This document shows, one piece after another, positions 1-8,107 of a stretch of 32,000 nt of DNA; the first letter of the stretch is position 1; each line of letters starts with the position of its first letter. The stretch covers positions 300,001 to 332,000 of the forward strand of contig NZ_JHXR01000002.1 in the NCBI RefSeq assembly GCF_000621645.1. The letters run 5' to 3'. Both the position numbers and the translations under genes were made by a program. This stretch comes from Vibrio cholerae ATCC 14035 (GTDB taxonomy: Bacteria > Pseudomonadota > Gammaproteobacteria > Enterobacterales > Vibrionaceae). Below the pieces are notes generated by a model, which made no database searches, was not told the origin of the DNA, and saw only the letters and a list, made by a program, of their open reading frames with translations.

Positions 1-1
1 C

Positions 2-679
2 GAAGAGGCAATCCATAACGACTGGTTTACTTTCCGCTACCAAGCCGCCAACAGCAGTTGGGGAAAAACATTCCATCGCGAGGTCTTTTCTGCGTTTGAG
101 AAAGACGGCGTGCGTTACACGGCAAACCAATTCTTGTTTGCCCTTGAACAGCTCAATGCTAGCCATATCTTCGATCAGTACGTGATTGAACGTGTGATTC
201 AACAGCTTGAAAAAGGCGAACTGACCGATCCACTCGCGATCAACATCGCACAAGGCAGTATCTCTCAACCGAGCTTTATCCGTTGGATCAGCCAAACCTT
301 AAGCAAGCATCTTTCTGTGGCCAACTTACTGCATTTTGAGATCCCAGAAGGCTGTTTCGTCAATGAACCGCATTACACTGCGCTATTTTGTAACGCAGTA
401 CGCAATGCAGGGGCGGACTTTGGGGTAGACAACTACGGACGTAACTTCCAATCTCTCGACTACATCAACGAGTTCCGTCCTAAATACGTCAAACTGGATT
501 ATCTATTTACTCACCATTTGGATGATGAACGCCAGAAATTTACCCTGACCTCAATCTCGCGCACCGCGCATAACTTAGGGATCACCACCATCGCATCACG
601 GGTTGAAACACAGACTCAGCTCGATTTTCTTTCAGAACATTTCATCGAAGTCTTCCAAGGCTTCATTGTTGATAAGTAA
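2..679 (+). CDS. EAL-domain protein, 3' part (5' end lies outside the window); degenerate EAL, LapD-like c-di-GMP receptor candidate
   Basis: The frame is open from base 2 (EEAIHNDWFTFRYQ...); the GTG at 110 is only the ORF caller's first start. EAL-fold landmarks are present but diverged: FEIPE for EAL/EVTE, FGVDNYG for DDFG, VKLDYLF for KIDRSF, IASRVET for AEGVE, FQGFIV for QGY. It lies 14 nt upstream of a LapB-like T1SS ABC gene. Confidence 0.7.
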   Translation, partial: EEAIHNDWFTFRYQAANSSWGKTFHREVFSAFEKDGVRYTANQFLFALEQLNASHIFDQYVIERVIQQLEKGELTDPLAINIAQGSISQPSFIRWISQTLSKHLSVANLLHFEIPEGCFVNEPHYTALFCNAVRNAGADFGVDNYGRNFQSLDYINEFRPKYVKLDYLFTHHLDDERQKFTLTSISRTAHNLGITTIASRVETQTQLDFLSEHFIEVFQGFIVDK

Positions 680-693
680 CCAAGGTCAGAGGC

Positions 694-2808
694 ATGCAAG
701 ATACGTTACTCAATTCGCTGGTGTACGTAAGCCGTTATTATGGTTTAGCGAATTCTCCTGAAGCACTGATCAACGGCTTACCGTTGGCTGACGGCAAGCT
801 CACGCCTTTTCTGTTTCCTCGCTCGGCGGAAAGAGCTGGGCTGATCGCAAAAGAAAACCGCGCGCCGTTAGACCAAATTCCTCATCTGGTGTTTCCTGTG
901 GTATTGCTGCTCAAAGGCGGTGAGGCCTGCGTACTCAATAGCATCAATCAGGAAACGCAAGAGGCTGAAATTGTTACCGCAGAGTCGGGGTTAGTCCCCG
1001 TCGCTTACTCGCTCAGTGATTTAGAAGCGATGTATATTGGCCGTTACTTTATGGTCAAAAAGCAGTTTCGCTTTGATGAACGCTCACCAGAAGTCCTGAA
1101 ACCCAGAGATGGGCACTGGTTTTGGAGCACCATCTATAAATCCAAGCATATTTATCGCGATGTGTTGATAGCGTCACTGCTGATTAACTTGTTTGCCGTT
1201 GCAGCGCCGATGTTTTCACGGATTGTGTACGACAAAGTCGTCCCCAATTTGGCTTTTGAAACCTTGTGGGTGCTCTCTAGCGGCATCTTAGTGATCTTTT
1301 TGTTCGATTTCGTATTTAAAATGCTGCGCAGCTACTTCATTGATGTCGCAGGAAAAAAATCGGACATTCTGATCTCTTCCAAACTGTTTAGTAAAGTGAT
1401 GGGCATCCGCATGGAGGCTCGCCCACCTTCGGTTGGTGCTTTTGCTCGCCATTTGCAAGAGTTTGAATCGATTCGTGAATTTTTTACATCCGCGACGATT
1501 TCTTCACTGATTGATCTGCCATTCGCCCTGCTCTTTTTAGTGTTGATCTGGTTAATGGCTGGACATTTGGTGTGGGTGCCTGTGATCGGTGTCCTGATTT
1601 TGGTGATTTACTCATTTCTCATTCAAAGCCGCTTAAAACGGGCAATTGAAGAAGGCTCAAGACTCGCCTCACAAAAGTACGCCAACCTCATCGAAAGCTT
1701 AGCAGGACTAGAAACGGTGAAGCTGTTTGGCGCGCAAGGACAATTCCAGTACCGCTGGGAAGAAGCCGTAGCGCACATGGCGAATTGGAACATTAAAAGT
1801 CGCCGCATCACCGATAGTATTCAAAACACCGCCGGTTTTGTGCAGCAAGCAGCCAATATCGGCATGATCATTGTCGGGGTCTACCTGATTTCCAACGGTG
1901 ACCTGACCATGGGTGGACTGATTGCCGCAACGATGCTCAGTGGCCGTGCGATTGGCCCCTTAGTACAGCTCTCACTGCTTTCAACCCGTTACAACCAAGC
2001 CAAATCTTCTATGACTATCATTGAACAAGTGATGTCGATGCCTGATGAACAGGAGGAAGGCAAACGCTATATCCATCGTCCCATCATTCAAGGCAAGATT
2101 GAGCTGGACCGCGTGACTTTCCATTATCCAAATTCACCTATCGCCTCCGTCCGTGATTTAAGTCTTACCATCCATCCGGGTGAAAAAGTGGCGATTATTG
2201 GTAGAATTGGTTCGGGTAAAACCACGCTTGAGCGCTTGATCATGGGCCTGTACAAGCCAACTGAAGGGCATGTGCGAATTGATGATACGGATATCTCGCA
2301 GCTGCATCACATCGATATTCGCCGCAATATTGGCTGTGTACCGCAAGACAGTGTGCTGTTTTATGGCTCGATCCGCGACAACATTACGCTCGGTCGCCCA
2401 CTTTCCGATGATCGTGAGGTAATGGATGCGGCCAACCGAGCGGGTGTTACGGTCTTTACTCAACAAGATCCTGCGGGGCTAGAACGTCAAGTGGGTGAAG
2501 GGGGTATGCTGCTCTCGGGTGGTCAACGTCAATCTGTGTCGATTGCGCGCGCTTTCCTTGGCCGCCCTCCCGTCTTACTGATGGATGAACCCACCAGCGC
2601 GATGGATAACCGCTCAGAAATGCACATTAAGCAACAACTTAGCCAACTCAAGCCAAGTGAGACGCTGATCCTTATCACCCACAAAACCTCGATGCTGGAT
2701 GTGGTTGATCGCGTTATTGTGATGGAGAAAGGCTGCATTATTGCCGATGGTCCAAAGCACGAAGTGCTGAACGATCTGCGCCAAGGTAATGTACGCGCAG
2801 TGCAATAG
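694..2808 (+). CDS. Type I secretion system ABC permease/ATPase, HlyB/LapB family, with an N-terminal C39-like domain lacking the catalytic Cys
   Basis: 704 aa. The N-terminal ~130 aa resemble a C39 peptidase but have no Cys in the QxxxxxCG position (LNSLVYVSRYYGL). A six-helix TMD follows. NBD motifs: Walker A GRIGSGKTT, Q-loop VPQD, signature LSGGQRQ, Walker B LLMDEPTS, H-loop ITHK. Confidence 0.9.
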   Translation: MQDTLLNSLVYVSRYYGLANSPEALINGLPLADGKLTPFLFPRSAERAGLIAKENRAPLDQIPHLVFPVVLLLKGGEACVLNSINQETQEAEIVTAESGLVPVAYSLSDLEAMYIGRYFMVKKQFRFDERSPEVLKPRDGHWFWSTIYKSKHIYRDVLIASLLINLFAVAAPMFSRIVYDKVVPNLAFETLWVLSSGILVIFLFDFVFKMLRSYFIDVAGKKSDILISSKLFSKVMGIRMEARPPSVGAFARHLQEFESIREFFTSATISSLIDLPFALLFLVLIWLMAGHLVWVPVIGVLILVIYSFLIQSRLKRAIEEGSRLASQKYANLIESLAGLETVKLFGAQGQFQYRWEEAVAHMANWNIKSRRITDSIQNTAGFVQQAANIGMIIVGVYLISNGDLTMGGLIAATMLSGRAIGPLVQLSLLSTRYNQAKSSMTIIEQVMSMPDEQEEGKRYIHRPIIQGKIELDRVTFHYPNSPIASVRDLSLTIHPGEKVAIIGRIGSGKTTLERLIMGLYKPTEGHVRIDDTDISQLHHIDIRRNIGCVPQDSVLFYGSIRDNITLGRPLSDDREVMDAANRAGVTVFTQQDPAGLERQVGEGGMLLSGGQRQSVSIARAFLGRPPVLLMDEPTSAMDNRSEMHIKQQLSQLKPSETLILITHKTSMLDVVDRVIVMEKGCIIADGPKHEVLNDLRQGNVRAVQ

Positions 2809-2850
2809 TTTGGTGTCTTTAAATAGACGAACCCCTCATACGGTTGAGCG

Positions 2851-2883
2851 ATGAAAAAGGGAACTTAACGTTCCCTTTTTCAT
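2851..2883. terminator. Bidirectional rho-independent terminator between the convergent T1SS ABC and FapA-like genes
   Basis: Perfect 14-bp inverted repeat ATGAAAAAGGGAAC / GTTCCCTTTTTCAT with a 5-nt loop (ttaac). The GC core GGGAAC/GTTCCC is followed by a T5 run on both strands. Confidence 0.8.
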
Positions 2884-2942
2884 TATTCCGCAGATTTATT
2901 ACTCCACAGACAGATTGCACGACTCCGCTTCCGCTAGCGGAC

Positions 2943-4613
2943 TTAAATACCAATATCTTCCGCTTCCAATAGTGAAGAGAGCTTAATTTCGTATTGGTTA
3001 AATTTGAAAATCGAGGCGCCGTGTTCTCGCTTGGTCAGCACTTTCTCATCACCAAACTGAATCGTGACATGGGTAAATACTTTATTTTTCGCTTCCACCG
3101 TATTTTCCAATAGCTGCTGCTCAAACTCTTCATTGAGCATATCCAAAGCAAGTTTGATTTTTTCCATCTGGGTCGACGCGTCTGCTTTCGCGGTTTCTAT
3201 TTCTTGAGCTTCTTCATCGCTACGTTCTGCTTTCGGACGTTTTTTAAACTCGATTTCACGCCGAATCAACGCCATTGTCGTGTCTTGAGCTTGCTTATAG
3301 AGTTCTTTGTGTTTGTTGATTCTCTCTTTATAACTTTGGTAACGCGCAAAAGCCTCAACATGAGTCGCCGTGTCGCCCTCCACACCGAGATTAAAGCAGA
3401 GCACTTTCCCACCCACTTTGGCGTTTCCTGCACTGAGTGTGCCTTGGGTCATTTTGCTGTCGAGCACCGTCAAATCATTTCCGCAACGGATAATATTGCC
3501 AATGCTGTGTACGCCAAGATGGATAGAATCCGCCGCTTGTAACTCAACATACTGCGCGTAGTTAGCGCGAATACTGCCGCCAGATTTCACCACGCAGCTG
3601 CGCTCTTCATCATCCGTCACCATGTGTCCGATGATGCCTTTACCGACGTCTATATCGCCTTGTGCTTGAACGTTAGCAGATTCAATAAAACCGCCAACCG
3701 TAATCGACCCCGTCGCGCGAACAATCATGCCCGGTTCAATATCCCCAGCAATCACGACATTACCTTTAAAGCGGATATGCCCAGTGGCCACACTGACATG
3801 ATTTAGGCAAAGCGCACTGTCCACTTCTATGGTGTTCTTTTTAATAAGGGGCATGCCAGCTTGACTGGCAAGCAACAAATTGGGGTCATTCGGGGAGATA
3901 TGGGTACCTTTACCCGCCACCAAAGCGGATTCTTTACCAGGCTTAGGTGGGATAGGTTTGCCCTGAACGGTGTAACCCATCTCGCCTTTGGTCGCAGGCA
4001 AACGGCGCATCACAGGATCATTTTCACCAACCGTGATGGTTTCTCCTAAGTTGCGCATATCGAGTTTATTTTCACCCGCTTTCTGCTGAGGGCGCAGCAC
4101 GCGCTTCGAGACGTCTTCCACTAATGGTACAAATTGAGTATCACGCCCTTGAATGGGCTCCTTGCCACGAGCGACAGGCTGAGTAAACACCTCACCGGGT
4201 TTTAATTGACCACTCACCAGCAGTACTTTTTTCAATGCCAGTTTGTTAATTCCTTTCAGCACGCTGGCTTGTGCTAGAGCATGAACCAGTTCATTACCGC
4301 GTAGACCGCGTCCGCCATAAGCTCCAGTGACGACCATGCTGGCTAGCATTTCTTTCTCACCAAGCACAACAGAAACCGTCGCGTTACGCACTTCAGCAAT
4401 CACGATACCTTCAAACGCAGCGCGCTTACTTTCTTTCACACAATTGATAAAACGAGTGACTTCCTCATCCAATATGAACAGTTTACCCGCTCCAATTTGT
4501 GCCAACACCATAGGCAATTCGCTGCGATTGAGCTCCTTAGCGGCACCTTGTGCACCTAATTTTGCAATCACTTTCTGTCTATCTGGCGTGAGTTCGAGTA
4601 TCTCTTTCCACAT
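2943..4613 (-). CDS. fapA: FapA family (DUF342) protein with a beta-helix core and a C-terminal coiled coil
   Basis: 556 aa. Typical DUF342 beta-helical repeats (GNVVIAGDIEPGMIVRATGSITVGGFIESANVQAQGDIDVGKGIIGH), then a charged coiled-coil segment (RREIEFKKRPKAERSDEEAQEIETAKADAS...). ATG start at 4613. Confidence 0.75.
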   Translation of the reverse strand: MWKEILELTPDRQKVIAKLGAQGAAKELNRSELPMVLAQIGAGKLFILDEEVTRFINCVKESKRAAFEGIVIAEVRNATVSVVLGEKEMLASMVVTGAYGGRGLRGNELVHALAQASVLKGINKLALKKVLLVSGQLKPGEVFTQPVARGKEPIQGRDTQFVPLVEDVSKRVLRPQQKAGENKLDMRNLGETITVGENDPVMRRLPATKGEMGYTVQGKPIPPKPGKESALVAGKGTHISPNDPNLLLASQAGMPLIKKNTIEVDSALCLNHVSVATGHIRFKGNVVIAGDIEPGMIVRATGSITVGGFIESANVQAQGDIDVGKGIIGHMVTDDEERSCVVKSGGSIRANYAQYVELQAADSIHLGVHSIGNIIRCGNDLTVLDSKMTQGTLSAGNAKVGGKVLCFNLGVEGDTATHVEAFARYQSYKERINKHKELYKQAQDTTMALIRREIEFKKRPKAERSDEEAQEIETAKADASTQMEKIKLALDMLNEEFEQQLLENTVEAKNKVFTHVTIQFGDEKVLTKREHGASIFKFNQYEIKLSSLLEAEDIGI

Positions 4614-4766
4614 AACGCTTTATCTTTTACGGTACAGAATATCCATGAATTGAGTGTATAAGAAGAATACAGATAGCTAAACTACGCAGCCTGCAAATTC
4701 AGGCTTAGGTCACTCTGTAAATCACCAAAAAGAGTCATTTATAAACTAAGCGGAAGGGTGTAGATG

Positions 4767-4792
4767 AGAAAACGGGCACCTTTTTTCGCCCG
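4767..4792 (-). terminator. Weak candidate terminator for the chemosensory operon
   Basis: Minus strand reads CGGGC-gaaaaaaggt-GCCCG followed by TTTTC: a 5-bp GC stem, a 10-nt loop and a short U tract, about 80 nt after the stop at 4872. Marginal. Confidence 0.3.
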
Positions 4793-4813
4793 CGAAATCG
4801 TCAACGAGCCGCC

Positions 4814-4828
4814 GTTTACACTGTAAAC
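4814..4828. other. parS2: parS2-type centromere site (ParB2 binding consensus NTTTACANTGTAAAN)
   Basis: GTTTACA-C-TGTAAAC is a perfect 7-1-7 palindrome. It is intergenic, between the operon stop (4872) and the fapA-like gene. It is one of three copies of the 13-mer core in this window. Confidence 0.7.
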
Positions 4829-4871
4829 CGTACGGCAAAGGTCAGTAAGCCATGCCAACAAAACAATAACG

Positions 4872-6578
4872 TCAGCTAGGCAGAGAATAGTGCAGCGTGT
4901 CTTTGCGAGCGAAGGAGTATACTGCAGTCACTCGGCGGCCTTGATTCGAGTATTCCAAGGACTCACACAACTGGGTCGCAAGAAGAATACCTCGCCCATA
5001 GCTTTTCTGATTGCTTGCGTCCTTTAATGCTTGGCAATCAAACCCTTTACCACTGTGTTCTAAATCGATTTCGATACGCTGCTTATCAGGTTGATAATTG
5101 ACTTTGAGGATTAGCCAATGGTATTCGGGTAAGGTTTTCAATCGTTTATCACGTAACTGATAGAATTCAAAAAAACCGTCCGGTGTTTCTTTCAACGAGG
5201 AATCGAGCTCCAATAACCCGTGCTCTATAGCATTGGCAAAGAGTTCTGAAAGTACTGAACAGAGTAAGTCGAGATCCTCGCCACCGCTGACAATCCCGGT
5301 TAAAAATCGACGTACTTCATTCATCAGGGAAATTTTACGCAGAACATCGGCTGGGAAATGCAATTCTGTCTGTAGGGGGATGCAGCTCAATACCACCTTA
5401 GGTAAGGCTTTATCGCTCGAGTTACTGTTGGTGATAGGGAACGTCATGGTCAAGATAGAGAGATCATCCCCTTTGCCCCGATTAGAAAATTTTTTCACCG
5501 CATCATACAACGTTGGAATCAAAGCCTCGGAATAGGCCTTTGTGAGAACGTGTTCAAGACGCTCTTGGCCAAAGTACTCTCCTTGTTCGTTCATCGCTTC
5601 GATAATGCCATCGGTATAGCAGACCAGCTTTTGGTTAGGCTCTAGTTTGAAATGCTGCACATCCGCCTCAAATTCATTGGAAGGCAATACCCCAAGCGGC
5701 ATATGGTTGGAGATTAAACGACTCACAATATTCCCATGATGGTCAAGTAAATATGCCTCAGGTAAGCCACCTCCCCACCAAGAAATTTCAAAGCCATTAG
5801 CGCGAACTTCAAACACGCTGGCAGCCAGCATCATTCCAACGGGCAAAAAACGCTCTAGAGAGTGATTCAGCTCAATCACCATCTCTCCCAGCGATAAACC
5901 CTTTTGTGCAGTGGAGAAGAAAGTTCGGGTTGCGGGAATCGTCGAGATCGCCGCAGGTAAACCGTGCCCTGTGGCATCTGCAATCATCACATAGACTCCG
6001 CCGTGAGGCCGATTCGCGACCACAATCAAATCGCCATTAAAAATAGTCGATGGTGTAGAGATGTAATGGATCCCGAAAATGTGCTCAACTTGATGGCACA
6101 TTTCTTCCATCAAATTAGTGAAAATCGATTCTGAAATCGCGTAATCGTACTGAACTTGCTCACGGAAATGGCGCAGCTCATCACGTTGTTCCATAACCTC
6201 ATTGTGCATCTTCACAATGCGATAATGTGCCTGTACTTTGGCAATGAGTACGCTACGCTCAACCGGTTTTAGGATGAAATCGTCCCCCAGTGCCAAACAC
6301 TTTTCAAACGAATCGCGATCGTCTAATACCGTTAGAAAAATGATCGGGATATGGTGCTTCACAAACGCTTGGCGGATCTCTTTAGCGGTAACAAATCCGT
6401 CTTTAATCGGCATCATCACATCAAGCAGGATCACATCAGGCAGGATTTCCATTTCACGCATTGCATCAATCGCTTGCTGCCCATCTTCAAAAGTGTCTAT
6501 GTGTGATGCGATGTGCGCCAAGATAAATCGGCACAATTCACGGTTAGTACCGTGGTCATCCACTATCATTACTCTCAC
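4872..6578 (-). CDS. Three-domain response regulator: REC + PP2C/SpoIIE phosphatase + RsbW/SpoIIAB-like Ser kinase (HATPase). CrsR-like partner-switch protein
   Basis: 568 aa. REC: MIVDD...LLDVMMPIKDG...ILKP. PP2C: VMIADATGHGLPAA, CYTDGIIEA, GDDLSILTM. C-terminal HATPase: ELFANAIEHG (N box), HSGKGFD (G1), GRGILLATQL (G2). GTG start at 6578 lies 8 nt after AAGGAG; the internal ATG at 6569 has no SD. Confidence 0.85.
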   Translation of the reverse strand: MRVMIVDDHGTNRELCRFILAHIASHIDTFEDGQQAIDAMREMEILPDVILLDVMMPIKDGFVTAKEIRQAFVKHHIPIIFLTVLDDRDSFEKCLALGDDFILKPVERSVLIAKVQAHYRIVKMHNEVMEQRDELRHFREQVQYDYAISESIFTNLMEEMCHQVEHIFGIHYISTPSTIFNGDLIVVANRPHGGVYVMIADATGHGLPAAISTIPATRTFFSTAQKGLSLGEMVIELNHSLERFLPVGMMLAASVFEVRANGFEISWWGGGLPEAYLLDHHGNIVSRLISNHMPLGVLPSNEFEADVQHFKLEPNQKLVCYTDGIIEAMNEQGEYFGQERLEHVLTKAYSEALIPTLYDAVKKFSNRGKGDDLSILTMTFPITNSNSSDKALPKVVLSCIPLQTELHFPADVLRKISLMNEVRRFLTGIVSGGEDLDLLCSVLSELFANAIEHGLLELDSSLKETPDGFFEFYQLRDKRLKTLPEYHWLILKVNYQPDKQRIEIDLEHSGKGFDCQALKDASNQKSYGRGILLATQLCESLEYSNQGRRVTAVYSFARKDTLHYSLPS

Positions 6579-6601
6579 CGCTATCTCTCCTTATGAGCGA
6601 T

Positions 6602-6901
6602 TTATTCGATATCGAATTTCTTATTAAAGCGCGATATCAGGAGGATTTTTCTTACCTGAGGTAAGACATTGACAATCCGAATCGCGCCGTCCGCTTGCTC
6701 AAGGTATTTCTGCATATTGAGCAACATGCCAAGCCCAGCACTATCGATATAGTCGACTTTGCGTAAATCTATGGTGAATCGGTGATCATGCCGTTTGGCA
6801 TAACTTGCACGAAAATCGTGGACAAGGTTGAAGCAAAAAGCACCTTCAATCGAAATGGTAATGTGTTTATTGTGACTATCGATGTCCGTATGCACACTCA
6901 T
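6602..6901 (-). CDS. STAS-domain anti-sigma-factor antagonist (SpoIIAA/RsbV/CrsA-like) with a phosphorylatable Ser
   Basis: 99 aa. The conserved motif VDYIDSAGLGMLL contains the canonical DS(A/S)G serine. AGGAG lies 6 nt before the ATG. It sits directly upstream of the PP2C-kinase fusion. Confidence 0.85.
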   Translation of the reverse strand: MSVHTDIDSHNKHITISIEGAFCFNLVHDFRASYAKRHDHRFTIDLRKVDYIDSAGLGMLLNMQKYLEQADGAIRIVNVLPQVRKILLISRFNKKFDIE

Positions 6902-6910
6902 GGTGATCTC

Positions 6911-8065
6911 CTAAAATAACTCAACTTCGCCTTCATCTATGCTGTGCTGATTAGCAGCCAATCCCCCACGGTTACGTGAGCGTTCTTGTAATGCCTCAAT
7001 ATTTTCAATAAGTTGCTGTACATTACGTGAATTAGATTGTACCGCTTTCAGTAAGCCGGACGCTTCTTGTAAAAAGGTGATTGAGCCCAATGCATACTCG
7101 CCTTGTTGATAGACTATGTCCGTAAATTGCAATGCTCGAGTACCTTCACGAACTTGTTGAGTGAGCTGTTGACCTAGCCGTTGAAGTTTATTCACTTCTT
7201 GTTCTATCTCGGTATTCAGTTGCTGGACACCACGCAGCATGTAGTCTACTTTTTCTTTAGATTCAATGGCTTGAGTCATATCAAATGAGGCCATTTCACC
7301 CACTGTACGGTTTGCGATATCCACCGTGTCTTGGGCGACTTTCATTTCTGTTTCAATCTGCGTATTCAAATTAGCGGCCTGAATAGAGAGATTACGGACT
7401 TCTTGTGCCACTACGGCAAAACCGCGTCCTGCCTCGCCCGCTCGCGCCGCTTCAATGGCGGCGTTCAGCGCCAGTAAATTGGTCTGCTCAGACAAGCTGC
7501 GCACTTGATTCAGCAGTTTAAAAACCATATCCAGCTTTTGCGACATATCGTGAATGCTGTGTACGGCAGAGATACTTTTTTCTGACACATCCACCAAGAT
7601 TTGCACAAACTGCTGAATGATCGCTTCGGTCTTCGGTAACACCTGCATCAGATCAAACTCACTGCCTTGGTTGGCCATTAAGTTGTCCACTAGTTGAGTG
7701 GAGACTGAAGATTGCTCTTCACTCACTCTTTGCAAACCAAAGAAACTGTTGTTGAGCGTCTCCGCTGAACTATTGATTATAAGGCGCTGTTTTTCTAAAG
7801 GTTCTGCAACACGCTGAATGTTTTCTTTTAAAACCTGCTCAAGCAGACTGAGAGCCTGTTGTTGCTCTGCCGATAAGCGGACATCGTCCGTTGGTTGAGC
7901 TGTTACGATACTCGGTTGTGGAGCTCCCCCCGCCAACCATGGCAGTAATCCAATACAGATAGCGATCAATCCTAACCACCAAATCTGCCCAAACTGAAAA
8001 ATCACCAGCAGCAAGAGTATTTGCCCAATCAGTATCGCCGTTATTTTGTGTTTTCTCGTTATCAT
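6911..8065 (-). CDS. Methyl-accepting chemotaxis protein with a membrane hairpin anchor and no periplasmic sensor domain
   Basis: 384 aa. Two hydrophobic helices ([18 protein letters not shown] / [20 protein letters not shown]) are separated by only GQ. Signalling hairpin: [35 protein letters not shown]. The C-terminus is [12 protein letters not shown]. Confidence 0.9.
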   Translation of the reverse strand: MITRKHKITAILIGQILLLLVIFQFGQIWWLGLIAICIGLLPWLAGGAPQPSIVTAQPTDDVRLSAEQQQALSLLEQVLKENIQRVAEPLEKQRLIINSSAETLNNSFFGLQRVSEEQSSVSTQLVDNLMANQGSEFDLMQVLPKTEAIIQQFVQILVDVSEKSISAVHSIHDMSQKLDMVFKLLNQVRSLSEQTNLLALNAAIEAARAGEAGRGFAVVAQEVRNLSIQAANLNTQIETEMKVAQDTVDIANRTVGEMASFDMTQAIESKEKVDYMLRGVQQLNTEIEQEVNKLQRLGQQLTQQVREGTRALQFTDIVYQQGEYALGSITFLQEASGLLKAVQSNSRNVQQLIENIEALQERSRNRGGLAANQHSIDEGEVELF

Positions 8066-8107
8066 CCTAAACCTCTCGACGTCTTTCTGCTCTTATGCGT
8101 ACTGATG

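Noticed and set aside
2924-2941. TCCGCT-TCCGCT-AGCGGA repeat/palindrome just after the fapA-like stop codon
   Set aside because: The 12-bp palindrome TCCGCTAGCGGA has no loop, and the alternative 5-bp stem has no U tract. I cannot assign a function, and the bidirectional terminator at 2851-2883 already explains termination.
4814-4828. TTTACA/TGTAAA palindromes read as TyrR boxes
   Set aside because: The TyrR box is TGTAAA-N6-TTTACA, with the half-sites in the opposite order and 6-nt spacing. The observed TTTACA-N1-TGTAAA matches the ParB2 parS2 consensus exactly.
6238-6627. 129-aa ORF antisense to the REC-PP2C-kinase gene
   Set aside because: It is a shadow ORF of a well-supported gene with no recognisable domain features.
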